A stretch of 64,000 nucleotides of DNA from the human T2T-CHM13v2.0 reference genome, Homo sapiens. This document shows positions 29,708 to 47,399 of the stretch, one piece after another. The first letter of the stretch is position 1. Every line of letters begins with the position of its first letter. The stretch lies in assembly GCF_009914755.1 (NCBI RefSeq), contig NC_060926.1; one strand, 5' to 3'. The translations under genes and the position numbers were made by a program. The notes beneath the pieces are model-generated. The model was not told the origin of the DNA. It ran no database searches and worked only from the letters and a program-made list of their open reading frames with translations.

Positions 29708-30069
29708 TGTAAGGTCCTCTGAGCTGGTCGCACCATGGTCGAGCCATCGTGACATTCCCCCGCCCTTGTGATAATGTACTTTGTGATATTCCCCAACCTT
29801 GTGAATGTACTTTGTAACATTCTTCCCCACGCTTGTGACAATACACACTCACCGCCCTTGAGAATGTACTTTGTAACATCCATCCCCCGCCCGCAAATAA
29901 TTGCTCCTGACTCCACCGCCTATCCCAAACCTATAAGAATCAACGATAATCCCACCACCCTTCGCTGATTCCTTTCTCAAACTCAGCCCACTTACACCCA
30001 AGTGAATAAACAGCCTTGTTGCTCACACTAAGCCTGCTCAGGTGGTCTCTTATACGGACAGGCATAACA
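29708..30069 (+). mobile_element. Solo LTR of the HERV-H/F supergroup (LTR21/LTR7B-related; subfamily uncertain)
   Basis: TGTAAGG...ATAACA termini, perfect 5-bp TSD TTCTC, TATAA, AATAAA and an R/U5 region similar to the HERV-H LTRs in this window; internal 'cttgtgaatgtactttgt' repeats. Confidence 0.85.
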
Positions 30070-30282
30070 TTCTCCTTCCCTGAAGAGAGCAGAAGGAGAG
30101 AACTTATCAGCATTCAGGAATGCTGTGAGAGAAGATGTGGCACTCCAAAGGCAGGAAACCATTTCAAAGAAATGTGCTCAGAGTTGGGCGGTCAATAAGG
30201 ATTGCTTTCAAAGGAAAAAGATGGTGTCACAATTCTGCCAAAGCCTGCTCTGAAAAAAGGTTTACCCTTATAAAAATAAAGG

Positions 30283-30646
<364 letters not shown>

Positions 30647-31087
30647 CTAAATCTTGGAACATAGATAATTTAATGGCACTGGGAGTTGCAGTGTTAGGGG
30701 GAGTGGTAGAGCTACCAAACCCAAGTAGTCAGCTTTCCATTTCCCAGGAGCTGAAGAGGGCTGGGTAGAATCAGCTCTGCTTTTTACCATTCTCTTCATT
30801 GACATCTATTCTGCCCCTGTTCATTTGAGGTTCACAAAGGCTTTCCTGCTTTCTTAGAGGAGTCTGACATCAAAACCCCAGCAGAGCCAATGTGGAGGGG
30901 TATGTGAAGGATGAGCATCTTTAAAATTACAGAAAGTGGTTTTCCCCATTGTGAGAACACTTTTCAATCTATTCTCACTGGGAAAATTAAGATATTCTAA
31001 ACTTTAAGAAAATGCTGTCAACTTTAATAGGAAAAAAAGACTAAATTATTTGGAATTTATGGGAATGCAATCCAGTTGTGATGGTAA

Positions 31088-31415
<328 letters not shown>

Positions 31416-31608
31416 TAGTTTTAAAAGTCTCTTTTATTTAACCTAACAAGGGGCAAAGATTGCCTAACTTAAGTTTCAGTTGTTTTTATTTCCCCTGCTT
31501 CCCTTCTCATAATGGTTTGAGTGGAGAAATCATAAAATCATAAGTTTAGACCTAAAAAAGTCCTTGGAGATAATTTCTTCCCCTTCATTTTACAGATAAG
31601 AAATCTCA

Positions 31609-31920
31609 GGCCTGACAAGGTGGCTCACACCTATAATCTCAATGCTTTGGGAGGCCAAGATAAAAGGATCATAAGCCCAGGAGTTGGAGACCAGACTGGG
31701 CAACATAGTAACACCCCCATCTCTAAAAATTAAAAAAAAAAAAGAAATTTGCCAGGCACAGTCGTGTGCACCTATAGTCCCAGTTATTTAGGAGGCTGAG
31801 GCAGGAGAATCCCTTGAGCCTGGGAATTCAAGGTTGCTATGAGCTATGATCTTGCCACTGCACTCCAGCCTGGGTGACAGTGAGACCCTCTCTCAGAAAA
31901 AAAGAAAAAAAAGAAAAGAA
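31609..31920 (+). mobile_element. Alu (AluJ-like) within a MIR-like element
   Basis: Diverged Alu dimer; TSD-like AAGAAATCTCAG on both sides. Confidence 0.85.
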
Positions 31921-32724
31921 ATCTCAGAACAGATAAATAGCTAAATGTAGGAAGTCAAAAAGTTGCAGGAGAGACATTAAGTATAGATAATTCATAAAAT
32001 AAAAATCAGATCCACGAAATCCTGAGTTTGTTGTAGAAAATGTCATTACACTTAACAATATTTTCTCTGCAGATCTGGATATGTGTTTGTTGTCTCTATT
32101 TTTGTTGGTTAAAGAATGGATCAAGGTTTTACAAAATTGTTTTTTGCTGCCACAGTGGAAATCTACAAAAATGGGTAATAGGCTATTTTGGGACCATTGT
32201 TCAGAAGTGCATTTATCTTAGAAATGGTTACCATGGAGATGAGCACACGTTGTGTGACTCTACAGCTTGCAAGTTAGAGTCATCCATGCTAAGACATAAA
32301 TAGCTATATTATTACACACAGATGCACAAGAGCTCGTGCACACATGCACAATAAAGTTATGTTGTTCCTCTTTTTGTAAAATAATAATAAAATTCCATGT
32401 AGTGCTGACATTTGGTGGTGGAAGGGCCTGCACATCTTAGACATTTTAAAATGTAATATTGTATGATGATATAAAAACCACTTTTTAAAAACACCATAAA
32501 GTAGTCTGAATCAAGTTTAAAGAGTAACAACATACTTAACAAGTAAAATAAATGAGAGCATGTTTCTTAGACATCACTGCTTCTTAAAGTAGAAATACAA
32601 AAAAAGTAAAAAACAAACTCAGAAAATATTACAAAAACTTCTTGAGTTATTTTTCCCAAAGCACTCAATATTGGGCATAGGTATTTACCTAGTTTCTCTC
32701 TCCCTCTCTGGCTAATTAAGTACT

Positions 32725-32751
32725 TTCTCTTTTTTTCTTTCTTTCTTTCTC

Positions 32752-32803
<52 letters not shown>

Positions 32804-33172
32804 TTTCTTCCTTCCTTCCTTCCTTCCTTCCTTCCCTTCCCCTTCCTTCCCTCCTTCCTTCCTTCTTTCTTTTGTTTCCCTTTTTTTTTTTTTGAGGCAG
32901 AGTCTCACTCTGTCTCCCAGGCTGGAGTGCAGTGGCGCGATCTTGGCTCACTGCAACCTCCCCGCTTCCCGGGTTCAAATGATTCTCCTGCCTCAGCCTC
33001 CCAAGTAGCTGGGACTACAGGTGCTCCCCACCATGCCCCGCTAATTTTTTGTATTTTTACGGGGTTTCACCCTGTTAGCCACCAGGATGGTCTCGATCAC
33101 CTGACCTCATGATCCACCCGCCTCGGCCTCCCAAAGTGCTGGGATTACAGGCATGAACCACTGCGCCTGGCC
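32725..33172 (-). mobile_element. Alu (AluS) with expanded (CTTT)n/(CCTT)n tail
   Basis: Antisense Alu 32881-33172 preceded by a pyrimidine microsatellite. Confidence 0.88.
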
Positions 33173-34181
33173 TTGTTTCCTTTTTCCACTTGGACTTTTC
33201 TTTTTCTTCAGGAATTTTTTACCCTCTGTGTCCCCAGGCAGCTGCATCACCCTAGAGAGGTCAAAATGGTCACAGCACCATGGAATGCTCACTGGCAGAC
33301 CGAAAAAGCACCCGCTGGATGCTGAGGGAGTCTGCAAAGAAAATAAAGGTTTTAACATTTCAGTGATCACTTGCCGAGATCACAAAGGCATATATTCTGA
33401 TAAAGTTAATTTGCTTTAATATTTTTACCTTTTTCTTTACATTTTATAATGGATGTTTTCAAATTTTCAAACAAAAAATGAAAGGATAGTAAAATTAAGC
33501 CCTCTCCCAGGTATCCATCACCCAGCTTCAATACTTATCAACATATGGCTTATTCTGTTTGGTTTACAACCCTCCTTCCCCCATCGTTTTAAATCAAATG
33601 CAAAACATCATAATAACAATTCTTTTGAATAATTGAACTAGTCAATAAGAAATCTTTTTTCCTCCACAATTTGGAGTTTTTTCTATTTTCCTTGGAAACT
33701 TCAAAGGCTTCATTGTGTATAGGGTGCAACGCAGGGTACTGAATTCAGTAGTGTAAACAATAATAACTATAATAATAATAGTAATAATAATAATGCTTTC
33801 TCCATCATGCAAGTGATTAAATACACCAATGATTTAGCCACATTTAGCTTTGAAGCTACATGCCATCATTCATCTATTTCTTTTCTTGTGTGAAAAGAAA
33901 TCTTTTCTCATGCACCAGAGTTAATTTTTTCAAGACTAATTACTGCATATGTATTTAAACACATCTTTAAAGTAAGCCATGTACTTTGACTTGTTTTATA
34001 GAATCACAAGAAATATACATAAAATAAACAAAATACATGTTTTCTGCTTTTTTAAGACAGTGATTTTAACACATCTGATTAGTAAACAAACACCCTATAA
34101 TAGCTAAAGAGTACACAAAAAGTACAACTATAAAAAAACTAATCATCTTTCACAATCTTTTCATTAAAAATAGCCATGTAT

Positions 34182-34489
34182 GGGCGAAGTGGGTTGGCTC
34201 ACACCTGTAATCCCAGAGCTCTGGGAGGCCGAGGTGGGCAGATCACTTGAGGCTGGGAGTTCGAGACCATAATGGCCAACATGATGAAACCCTGCCCTGT
34301 CTCTACTAAAAATACAAAAATTAGCCCGGGGTGGTGTCACGCGCCTGTAATCCCAGCTACTCAGGAGCTCAGGAGACTGAGACGGGAGAATCGCTTGAAC
34401 TCGGGAGGCGGAGGTTGCAGTGAGCAGAGATGCACAACTGCACTCCAGCCTGGGTGACAGAGTGAGACTCTGCCTCAAAAAAAAAAAAA
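34182..34489 (+). mobile_element. Alu (AluS-like)
   Basis: Alu dimer with poly(A). Confidence 0.88.
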
Positions 34490-36359
34490 GTCACATATGA
34501 TTTCTCAGTATTTGCTGCCATTTTCAAACTTAGGCATCATGTAGTTTTAGAGATAAAATCAACAAAATACAAAACGTAGGTCAGCAAAAAAGCTGATTAT
34601 ATAACCTTGATTTGCTTTCATTTTAGTACTCTTATCACACTGCCTTCTAGAATTTCAGTACTGAATAACTTGTGAAGTTTTTCCCCCAAATTTGTCCATC
34701 TAATATGGCTTATTCTCAAATGAAATATTATTTATCAATGTATTAATAATTAGATCCACGCCTTTAAAAATACATATAAAGTTTTAAAATCTTAATCTTT
34801 TAAATCTGTCTCAGGAAGTAAAAGATTTTTAATGTAGAATGAGAGACCCCTCAGAAATCAGAAAAAACATCTTTTCACTCTACATAGCCTCATCCAGGTT
34901 AATTAATATGTCTTTAAATAACCATTGTTTGAAAAGAGTTAGCGTTTCACCTTTATGTATAGCTCTAGTGCTTCTAGCATTTAACTATTCATCCTTATAA
35001 AATATCTACATAAATAGCTCCAGGAAAATATACAGGTTTTTAGGAACATTTCCAAGAAAAAAGTTACAGGGGACTCCTGACTCAATTGAAAAAGAAAGGA
35101 TTCAAGATTAAAAAAGAGACATGTCATATTGTATTGGACCAGTTGATTATTCTAAATAATACTGACACTACAATAAATTTTGAGGGACAGTGCTATAGCT
35201 TTCTAATTCATCAATTACAAATCCAGAAATAGGGATGCTTTCCTTAGTTGATGTATAATCCAAACATCTTCTCAGCTTGTTGGATACTATTCTGTTGCTG
35301 TCTCTACCAGTACATAAGACAATGCATTCAATAACTTCATTACCCACCATATCCTTTTAGTTGACATAAAAGTACTTCTTTTAAACTTCAAAACATGTTC
35401 CCTATTATTTTTAATATCCTAGGATTTTATTAACTTCGTTCACATTATCCATATTATTCCTGATTCTTTAAAGTAATTTGATCATATTTCTTCCCAGCTT
35501 TTCATTATTTTAAATTAAAAAGTCATATATGTTTTATATAAATAAGTATTATTAAAAATAGCATTTTAAAGAAGGAGGATAGATTTCTAGAAGAAGGTAG
35601 GGAGGTCAACATTATCTGAAAATGACACTCTGGAAATGAATTTTCTGTCATGGACACTCTAGCAGTTTCCAGACACAACCTCCAGCTGCCTCTAGTTATA
35701 TGCCATCGTATCTTTTCAAGCTCTTTAATTTGGCAGCTCTTCTACCACCCTATTGAAGCTGTTCTATGAAAAATGATCAGCTGATCTCATTGTATCATGT
35801 CAATTTAACTTGTCTTCATTCTCTGTATTCTGACTTCTCTGTAACTTTCTACAACATGGAATAACTTTTTCTTTTTTTTGAAATTCTATTTACCTTTGAA
35901 TACATGGTCCAGGCTTTCACTGGTTTCTATAACTTCTCTTTATCTGTTTTTTTTTCATGTTTCATTTGTTTTCAAGACTCCAAATTTTGTTCCCTAAACC
36001 ATCGTCCTTTCCTGGGCTTTCTGGAAACTGGCTCCTTTGAGAAGTTCATATCTTCTCATTCAACCATCATCTTTATGTGAATGACCTCAACTCAACTCAG
36101 ATATCCTGGCTTTATCACTCACTTATTCATCCATCCATGAAATATTTATTGAAGGCTTACAATGTGGCAAGCACTAAATAGATAAGTTGGGCTCCTCAGC
36201 ACCCTAGAGAAACACAGCTCATAGTCCTTATAACACTAGTGTCCAGATTTCCCTAGCTAGAAATTGTCAAGTCATTTTTGATGAGCCTTTTTCTTTAATC
36301 CCCAAATAAATTTTTTAAAATAAGTTCTCATTTATTTTATTAAAAATTGGCTTTTGTTT

Positions 36360-36796
<437 letters not shown>

Positions 36797-37616
36797 AAAA
36801 ATTGTGTTTTTTAAAAGTACTTTATAGGTCATCATTCTTATGGGCTTCAACATGATTCAAGTTGTCAAATCCCTTGTACCTGCATTACTATCTTACTTTC
36901 CTGATTGGTCCTCTAACTTATTTTCTTCAGCTTGTATAATATTTTTTATCATGTTATTCTTAATGTTTATAAAACACTATAAGCCCAAAAATCTCCATCT
37001 GGTTTTTGAAGCTTACATAATCTAGATCGACCATGCTGTGTAAATTTTATTTCCAACATGCACCCTTCTTAAAGCTCAGATGTTTCCCCACAAGTATGTG
37101 TTATTTTTAACTTCTATACTTTGCTAATACCTGTGACTTTTTTTTTTCTGGGTTGATTTTTTTCCTCTTCCAAATGGAATTGTAAACACTTGAATGTCAG
37201 AATCTATTTTTAATTGTTGAATTGTATCAATTCTAAAATGCACATTTCTTACATTATTACTTCCTGAAAATGAGGGTGTATCTTTTAATCAATAATGTCT
37301 TAAACATTTTAATACAGTTCAATTCGTAATGTTTATTTATTTTTTTTTTCGTGGTACATCAAATAGTAGTGTCTCATAATCAATGGCATTTTAAATTCAA
37401 TGAAATGCCTTTTTTTTTTGCACCTTGATAGTCTTTGATGGAGTATTTAGCTCATTGCAGATGCTCCAGAAATGTTTGTTGGTTGATTCTATGGTTTTAA
37501 AGCATAAGTGGCTGCAATAAAGATAACCTGCATGTCTAGCATATACCTAATTTGAAAATTCAATTTTAACATGATTTGTTTTTTGAAGTGAAGTAGAAAA
37601 ATAATTAGATAAATAT

Positions 37617-39157
37617 TGATGGCAGCAATGGCCCATGTGGAGCAGCAGCTGTAAAGATGCTGGCTGCAGGAGGGATAGGGGGTGGTGGCCGGGGTTGTGT
37701 GTTCTGCAGGACAGCATGAGCCAGGAACAGGTGTGAGCCCTGCCCTCTACTAAGTTGGCAAGGCAGGAGCACCGCACTCCCAGGCACAGCTGCAGCTGCA
37801 CAGCTGTGGCTCTGAACCCAGAAAGGGTTCTTACAAGCTCAGAAGTGCCTGCTGTCTGGCCTCCTACTGTCTGGCCTCTGTCTGCTCCTGGTGCCCACTC
37901 TAGTGCAAGCCTGGGTGCTGTCACAACCCAGCCAGGTGTGCACGTGCTCAGGCCAGTGCTGACATGCCAGCCCCCTGCCACCTTAGCCCTCTTGGGACTT
38001 TGGGTACTGACAATCATGGGAAGGAGGTTGGGGGTGCTGAGGGAAGCTTGGCGTGGGCCTGCAGGCACCATTGGGCACTAACAGCCTGGGCACTGTGGAT
38101 AGCATGTTGATGGCAGAAGGCAGACAGGTTCCTGGGTGGAAAGGGGCAGGTCCCTGGTGAAGCTCCACCGTCAAGCCAGGGGCCCCTTGAAGCATGAGGG
38201 CTGGGCTGTCAGTTCCAGGTAGAGTCTGCAGCCTGGAGTGAGAACTTATGGTGCATTTTCTGGTCCCACCCATGGCTGCCCACGGACCAATCAGCATGCA
38301 CTTCCTCCCTTCTGAAGCTCATAAAAACCCCAGGACTCAGCCAGACTCTCAGAGACAGGATGACCTGTCTGCGAGTAGGAGCTACCCACTCTGGGTCTCA
38401 TCTCTGCTAAGGGCTGCAGATTCAATGGGACAACCTGCCTGCAGAAAGGAGTTACCCACTTCAGGTCTCCTGAGAGCTTAATGTTGCTCAATAAAGCACC
38501 TCTTTGCCTTGCTCACCCTTCAATTGTCCATGTACCTCATTCTTCCTGGACACAGGACAAGAACTCAGGACCCACCAAATGGTGGGACTGAAAGAGCTAT
38601 AACACAAACAGGGCTGAAACACTACGTGCCCCCGCCACTGCCTGCTTGCCAAGTTGTGGGTGACAAGAAGGGGAGAAGATTTGCCGCCATTTGGGGTGTT
38701 CAGACCTAGGGTCTCCCCAAGCCAGGGCTGTGACACCCTCTTTGGGGCTCTGTAATTTTTGGCATCTTCAAGCTTCTGGGCACCACCGTATTCCCCTCGT
38801 CCTCAGGTGCCCACAGTGGAAACCGCTTGTGATGCATCTGATCCAGCCACAGGCTTGCATGAAGCCAGAGTCTGTGCTGGCATCTGGAGCTGACTACCCC
38901 ACTGCAGCAGCCGATGTGCCTGGCTGTGCACAGTGGCCTGACCCCCTACTTGCTCACTGACGCACCCCTCACTGCTCTGTGCCTGGCTCCAGTCTCTTCC
39001 GAGGCATGGGATCCAGTCTGGTAGCACGAGCTGAGCACAGCCTGCCAGGTCAAGTGGGCAGAATGAGTCCGGCAGGCCAGAGAAAATCCTGGGCAAAGGC
39101 ATCACCGACCACAGAGGTTTACAGCTGGAAGAGCGACACTCTAAGGATCCTGTGACA
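37617..39157 (+). mobile_element. MER52-family solo LTR (~1.5 kb, ERV1)
   Basis: TGATGGCAGC...GGATCCTGTGACA termini, GC-rich CpG-decayed body, AATAAA at ~38490, 4-bp flanks ATAT/GTAT. Confidence 0.8.
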
Positions 39158-39380
39158 GTATGTGGAGACTACTTTTTAAAAATACCATGTATCACAATGA
39201 ATAGAACTATAAATTTCTGGGTTTAGAAATTCTAAATTTCTGGATTTAAAAATTTAGAATTCTATTTATTGTGATATATGGAATTTTTAAAAAGTAGAAA
39301 TAGAGTGCATCCCATGCTCTATTTCACTGAGCTTGAAAATATCTCACTTGTTTTGGGAAATGTGAGATTCTTAAATATTA

Positions 39381-39766
<386 letters not shown>

Positions 39767-39786
39767 CTATATACATATATATGTAT

Positions 39787-41553
39787 TTGGCAGAGCTAGC
39801 TGAGGTTTTATTTTGGAAAAAAATAAAAGCAATTTGAATTGTTCTGTAGCTGGAGGCATGGATGGGCAAGGGGGCTCCCCAGGTAGTAAACTCCCCTGCG
39901 GACGGGCTGAGGGCTAGGGCTGAGGCTCAGGTGGGTCTCCCGTTCTCTGTGCTACTCTGCACAGCCGCCCCGCTCACGGGCTCTGGTGCAGCCACAGGAG
40001 GGGCAGGCTGGGAGGGGCTGCTGTGGCTGTTCACTTGGGCAGGACGTCAGAGAACTCTGACACCAGCGTCCCATCACGGGTCTCAATCTTCTTCACAACC
40101 ACGGCCCTGGTGTAGCTGATGCAGCTGAAGGAACTGGAGCCCGCGCCAGAGCCAAAGCTGGAGCCCAGTCCACAGCTGAGGCCGGGGCTTGTGAGGCCCC
40201 CATAGGCCGAGCTCAGACCACCTGCATAGCTGCTGATGGTCTTTGTATGGATACTCATGCTCTGCATCCCAGACTCCAGCCAGCTCTCCTCGCCCTCCAG
40301 CAGCTGCCTGTAGGTGGCGATCTCAATGTCCAGGGCCAGCTTGTCGTTCATCAGCTCCTGGTACTAATGCAGCTGCAGCACCACGTCCTGCTTGGTTTGC
40401 TGCAGGGCGGCCTCCAGCTCAGACAGCTTGGCGCTGGCATCCTTAACGGCCAACTCCCCGCGCTGCTCCGCATCTGCGATGGCGGCCTCCAGGGAAGCCC
40501 TCTGGCCTTTGAGACCCTCAATCTCTGCCTGGAGCCAGCTGATGTTCCGATTCATCGCGGAGATCTCAGTCTTTGTATGCTGCAGGTCATCCCCGTGCTT
40601 CCCAGCCAGCGTCTGCAGCTACTCATACTTGATCTGATACATGCTCTGGGCCTCAACCTGGCTGCGGTTGGTGATCTCGTACTGCGCTTGACCTCATTGA
40701 TGATGCTGTCCATGTCCAGGGAGTGGCTGTTGTCCATGGGCAGCACCACAGACGTGTCTGAGATCTGGGACTGCAGCTCCGGGATATCCTCTTCATACAG
40801 CTGCCTGAGGAAGTTGATTTCGTCAGTCAGCCCTTCCAGGCGAGACTCCAGCTCTACCTTGTTCAGGTAAGCTTCATCCACATCCTTCTTGATGAGGACA
40901 AATTCATTCTCCATCTCTGTACGCTTATTGATCTCATCCTCATACTTGTTCTTGAAGTCCTCCACCAGCCCCTGCATGTTGCCAAGCTCCGCCTCCAGCT
41001 TCAGCTTTTCCTGGCCCAGAGTCTCCAGCTGCTGCCTAAGGTTGTTGATGTAACTCTGGAATATGTGTCCATGTTGCTCCGAGCCGTCTTCTGCTGCTGC
41101 AGGAGGCTCCACTTGGTCTCCAGCATCTTGTTTTGCTGCTCCAGGAACTGTACCTTGTATATGAAGGTGGCAAACTTGGTGTTGAGGGTCTTGATCTGCT
41201 CCTTCTTCTGAGTGTGCACTGCCTGGATGTGTGGGTCCACCTCCAGGTTAAGGGGGCTCAGCAGGCTCTGGTTGACAGTGACGGTGGTGATGCCTCCCAT
41301 GCCACTGGCCCCACCGTAGCCTCCTCCCAGGCCACCCCGGAAGCTGCTGCTGCCCACTTGGGAGAAGCTCGAGGAGCTGATGGAGGCACCAGGCCCACTT
41401 GTGTAGAAATGGCTGCTGAAGGCCCGGGGGCCAGAAGTGGACACCCTGTAGGACTTCTGGGTCGTCCTGATGGACATGGTGGAGGCAGGAGTGGAGGCAG
41501 GCAGGTTGAACCAGGTGGAGTTTCCAGAAGGAGTGGAGAAGCTGCTTCTTGGT
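39787..41553 (-). pseudogene. KRT8P10: Keratin 8 processed pseudogene (probably KRT8P10)
   Basis: Intronless copy of KRT8 mRNA with 5'UTR, ATG at 41477 ([22 protein letters not shown]), rod motifs ([30 protein letters not shown]), tail ...[20 protein letters not shown] (TGA 40031-40033), 3'UTR and AATAAA (39807-39812). Two frameshifts (~41070, ~40690) and an in-frame TAG at 40364-40366. The P10 number is recalled from locus position, not derived from sequence. Confidence 0.92.
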
Positions 41554-41589
41554 CGACTTCTTATATTATCAATATAATACAAATAACTA

Positions 41590-42950
<1,361 letters not shown>

Positions 42951-44059
42951 ATCTTAAAAAATTAAAGAATTCAACAGACCTGAGACTAAATACAAAAGAT
43001 CCACTGCTTACTACTTCATTTCGATTTAGCCACTTTATCTAAAAGTGAGATTTTTATGAGGATTAGAGGTAATGCTCAGAAAATGCCTAGCATAGCACTT
43101 CACATAGACACTCTAAATCTGTTAGGAGAGAAGAATTATATGGAGAACACAGGAACATATTCTAGGGTGTATTCACTTCACACTTTCCCCTTTTCCTCAG
43201 ATCCAAGTCCCCAAGCCCTTGTAAGGATGTGCCCTTTCTTGCAGGACAATCTATTACCATTCATGTCTCAGCCTGGGAAATGCCTTCCCCAGGGGTGGAA
43301 TGCTGTCTTCTCCCTCTGGCCTGGGTCTAATAACATTTTGCCTCTCATTTCTCTCCTGCCAGCACTCTAAGCTAGCTTTGTGTAAAGGATTTTTGCCCTT
43401 AAGGGACTTTTTGGAAAGCCGTACATTGCAGTGGAATGAGCATTGTATATTGAGTCAAGGGACCTGGGATTACAAGGGATATGAACTTGGGCAAATCAGT
43501 TTACTTTTCTGCACCTTGGTTCTTCTGCAAAATGTTGATATGAGTTGGATAGCATCTAGGTGTCAGGATATTAGCAATCAATGTTACTGCAGACATTAAT
43601 ATTCTAGTATTACCAGCAGGGACTGCAGCTATCAATGTATAACCAACAACTCTACCCATCCTCTACAGAATGATGTAGTGTAAAGAATATGGGCTCATGA
43701 GTAAGATAGAACTGTGTTCAACCTTGTTACTCAGATCTGTTACCTAACAGATCTGGACTGTGTGACCAAAGGCTATGTCCTTAGGTTCCAAGTTAAATGT
43801 CCTTCTTTATAAAAAGAGAATGGATGCCTATTTTATTAGGTTATCATGTGGATTGAATCAGATACTGTTTGTATATTCCTGGGACATAGATCTGTTCTTG
43901 TTGAAGGAGTCTTTAAATCCATTATAGTGCACAGTCTTTATCTTACTCAACACTATCAACAGCATATGACACAGCTGATCACATTGTGTACTTTAATACA
44001 TTTTCTTTACTTGTACTCTCAGAACTCTCTCTCTCATTCATTTTCGTTCAACTCCCTGA

Positions 44060-45630
44060 CCTCTCCTTCTTAGTCACTTTGGTATACATGGGGCTTCTCT
44101 ATCAACCCTCACTACCAGGCCATCTCATTCAGCTCCATGGCTTTATATAGCATCTTTAAGCTGATTATTCCAGAAGTTGCATTTCCAGCAGATACCTCTC
44201 TTATGAAGTCCAGATTCATATGTATAGCTGCCCACTTGATATCTCCATTTGGCTGACTAATTGACATCTCCATTTGGCTGACTAATAGGAGTATTAAACT
44301 TAACAAGTCACAAACTTCTTCTCATATTCACATCACCTGTTTCTTGGTAACTGGCAAATCTATTCTTCAGTTGCTTAGGCTAAGAACTTTGGAATTATCT
44401 GAATCACCCCACATCAATCTACTAACAGATTCTCTTGGCATGATTCTCACGTATCCCTAGAATCTAACTACTTTTTACCTTCCCTCTGCTGCCGTTCTAG
44501 CGCAAGCAACTGTCATCTTCCATCTGGACCTCTGTAGTAGTCTCCTAACAACAAGCAGGAAAGGGAGCTTCCATCCTGCTCCCTTTCCTTGTAGCAGCCA
44601 GGAAGACCCTTCTATGGCATAAGCAATGTCATGTCACTTGTCATAGATTAAGTTTCCTGGAAGCTGACTGAGGTGGAGTTTAGCATGCAAGACTTTTCGA
44701 AGAGTGCCCTTGGGATCAACACTTGTGGAAGGGAAGAAGAAAGCAGAATTGGGCAGATAGAGAAGTCAAGTGGTTATACAGATCCAATGACAGGCTTAGC
44801 CAACCACGTGTTAGCTTTTTAGAGCTAGAATGATTCCTCAGAGTTGTTTCAAATTGGGCTAACATACAGATCTTTATGCTCCCTCATCAATCAGCCATGG
44901 ATGTGGTCTATTCCATAAGGGACACAACCTCGGCAAAGCAGCCCTCTGCAGCTGCAGCAGTCCCTGAAGGGATTGTTACCAGTCAGCCAATAGTACACCC
45001 GGTAGTGGAGACAATAGGTATTCATTGAAGAAGGATCTGGGTAGCACAACACAGGATCCATCATATGACTCCTTTCCCTAGTTCCCTCCTGTGGCTTCCT
45101 ATCACTCAGAATACAAGCCAAAGTTATTATCATTTCTCTCTGTCCACATCTCCTCCAACTCTTTCCCCTAATTCACTCCCTTAAAGCCAAGTTAGCTACC
45201 CAGGTGTTTCTTGAACCTCTCCATCTCCTACTAGTGCACTCCTGTTTCAGCACTTGGCATAGACAGTCCAAATCTGTCAGAAGATTTAGACACTTGGCTA
45301 TTAAGCTATTCCCCCATATATCTACAGGGCTGGCTTCTGCACTTTATTCAAGTCTCTGTTCAATTTTCACTGTATCAGAAGTGCTTTCTCTTACCACCCT
45401 AAAACAAATAACACGCTGCCCTCTCACTCTGTTCCCTTATTTTGCTTGATTTTTCTTTTTTTAGCATTTAAATTATGACCGAACATGGTTATATGTATAT
45501 TTGTTTCTTGCTCTCTCCACTTGGATATAAGATCCATGAAAGAAGGGACTTTGTTTTTATTCACTGCTGTATTTCCAATGACTATAACAGTGCCAGGCAC
45601 ATAGCTGATGCTCAGTAAATATTCGTTAAC
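44060..45630. mobile_element. Degenerate L2 LINE 3' region interrupted by an old LTR-like segment (~44640-45060)
   Basis: L2-typical motifs ('ccacttgatatctccatttgg', 'acagtgccaggcacatag...ctcagtaaatatt'); boundaries approximate. Confidence 0.55.
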
Positions 45631-46024
45631 TGTAATTATTTTGGAAGCAGGGCCGTATTCTACAGTAAATAAAAGATAAGGCACTGGACTGAAACAAACA
45701 TAGGTTTTATTTGTGATTCTAATCACAAATAGGGGTGAGGTCAAATATGATAATGTGTGTAAAGCATTGTTAAGCAGCTAAGGGATAATACTAAGAATCT
45801 AAAATTGTTTATAAGCGCAGTGCCTAGCATGCAGTGAATGCTTAATAGTACTTATTTTTTTGATCATTATTATGATAAATATATGGATTGATTTATGGTT
45901 AGAGTTGTTTTTTGATGAGCCTGTGATTGTTGTTTAAATGATGCAAATAATCTCTTCAGTTTTTCATTTTAGGACATCCTGTAGATAGCCTGAGCTTATA
46001 TATATATATATTTTTCTCTCTCTT

Positions 46025-46771
<747 letters not shown>

Positions 46772-47399
46772 GTTGAATTTTTTTATGTCAGAAAGTTTCA
46801 ACAACAACACAAATTTTAATATGTGGTATTGGAAGAAAAGTTTTCATAAGTGCAACTTCTTCATTTTATATATGTGTTTATACATTGTGTTGAAATTCAT
46901 TTAAAATTACATTTACTTTAATAGGGGTTTGAAAAATTTCTCTTTAAAGGAATCTTGTGATTTCTTTTGCAAAACTTTTTTTTGGTAATCAGAATCATCG
47001 TTCTATAATTTATTTATCTGTTTTACAAATTTGGATGCTTACACAATTGATTTTCTTAATTCTTCGTATGGATGGACTTGCTGCAATTCTTATTTAGGAT
47101 GTATATTTACTGTATGAAATGAAAATGTAGGCTGAAAGTCAGAAAATAAATAAATTTTAAGCTCTTGTCAATCTACATATATGAGCATAAATTTTAAAAA
47201 ATATATCTTTTTTCCCAGTTTATTTAAATTGTTGCCTCACAAATACGCACAACAACTTTATCTAGTAAACGTTCCTCTTGCATTAACAGCAAAAGCAGAA
47301 GGTGTGAAGGATACAGGAAGCGAGAAATAACTTTTAACGTCTGCTCTAGCCCTCCTGGACTAGCCTAAAAGCAGACAGGCAGGAAAGGCTTTGGGACAT

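Noticed and set aside
37547-39105. Cluster of 60-174 aa ORFs on both strands
   Set aside because: All lie within the GC-rich MER52 solo LTR; no protein motifs.
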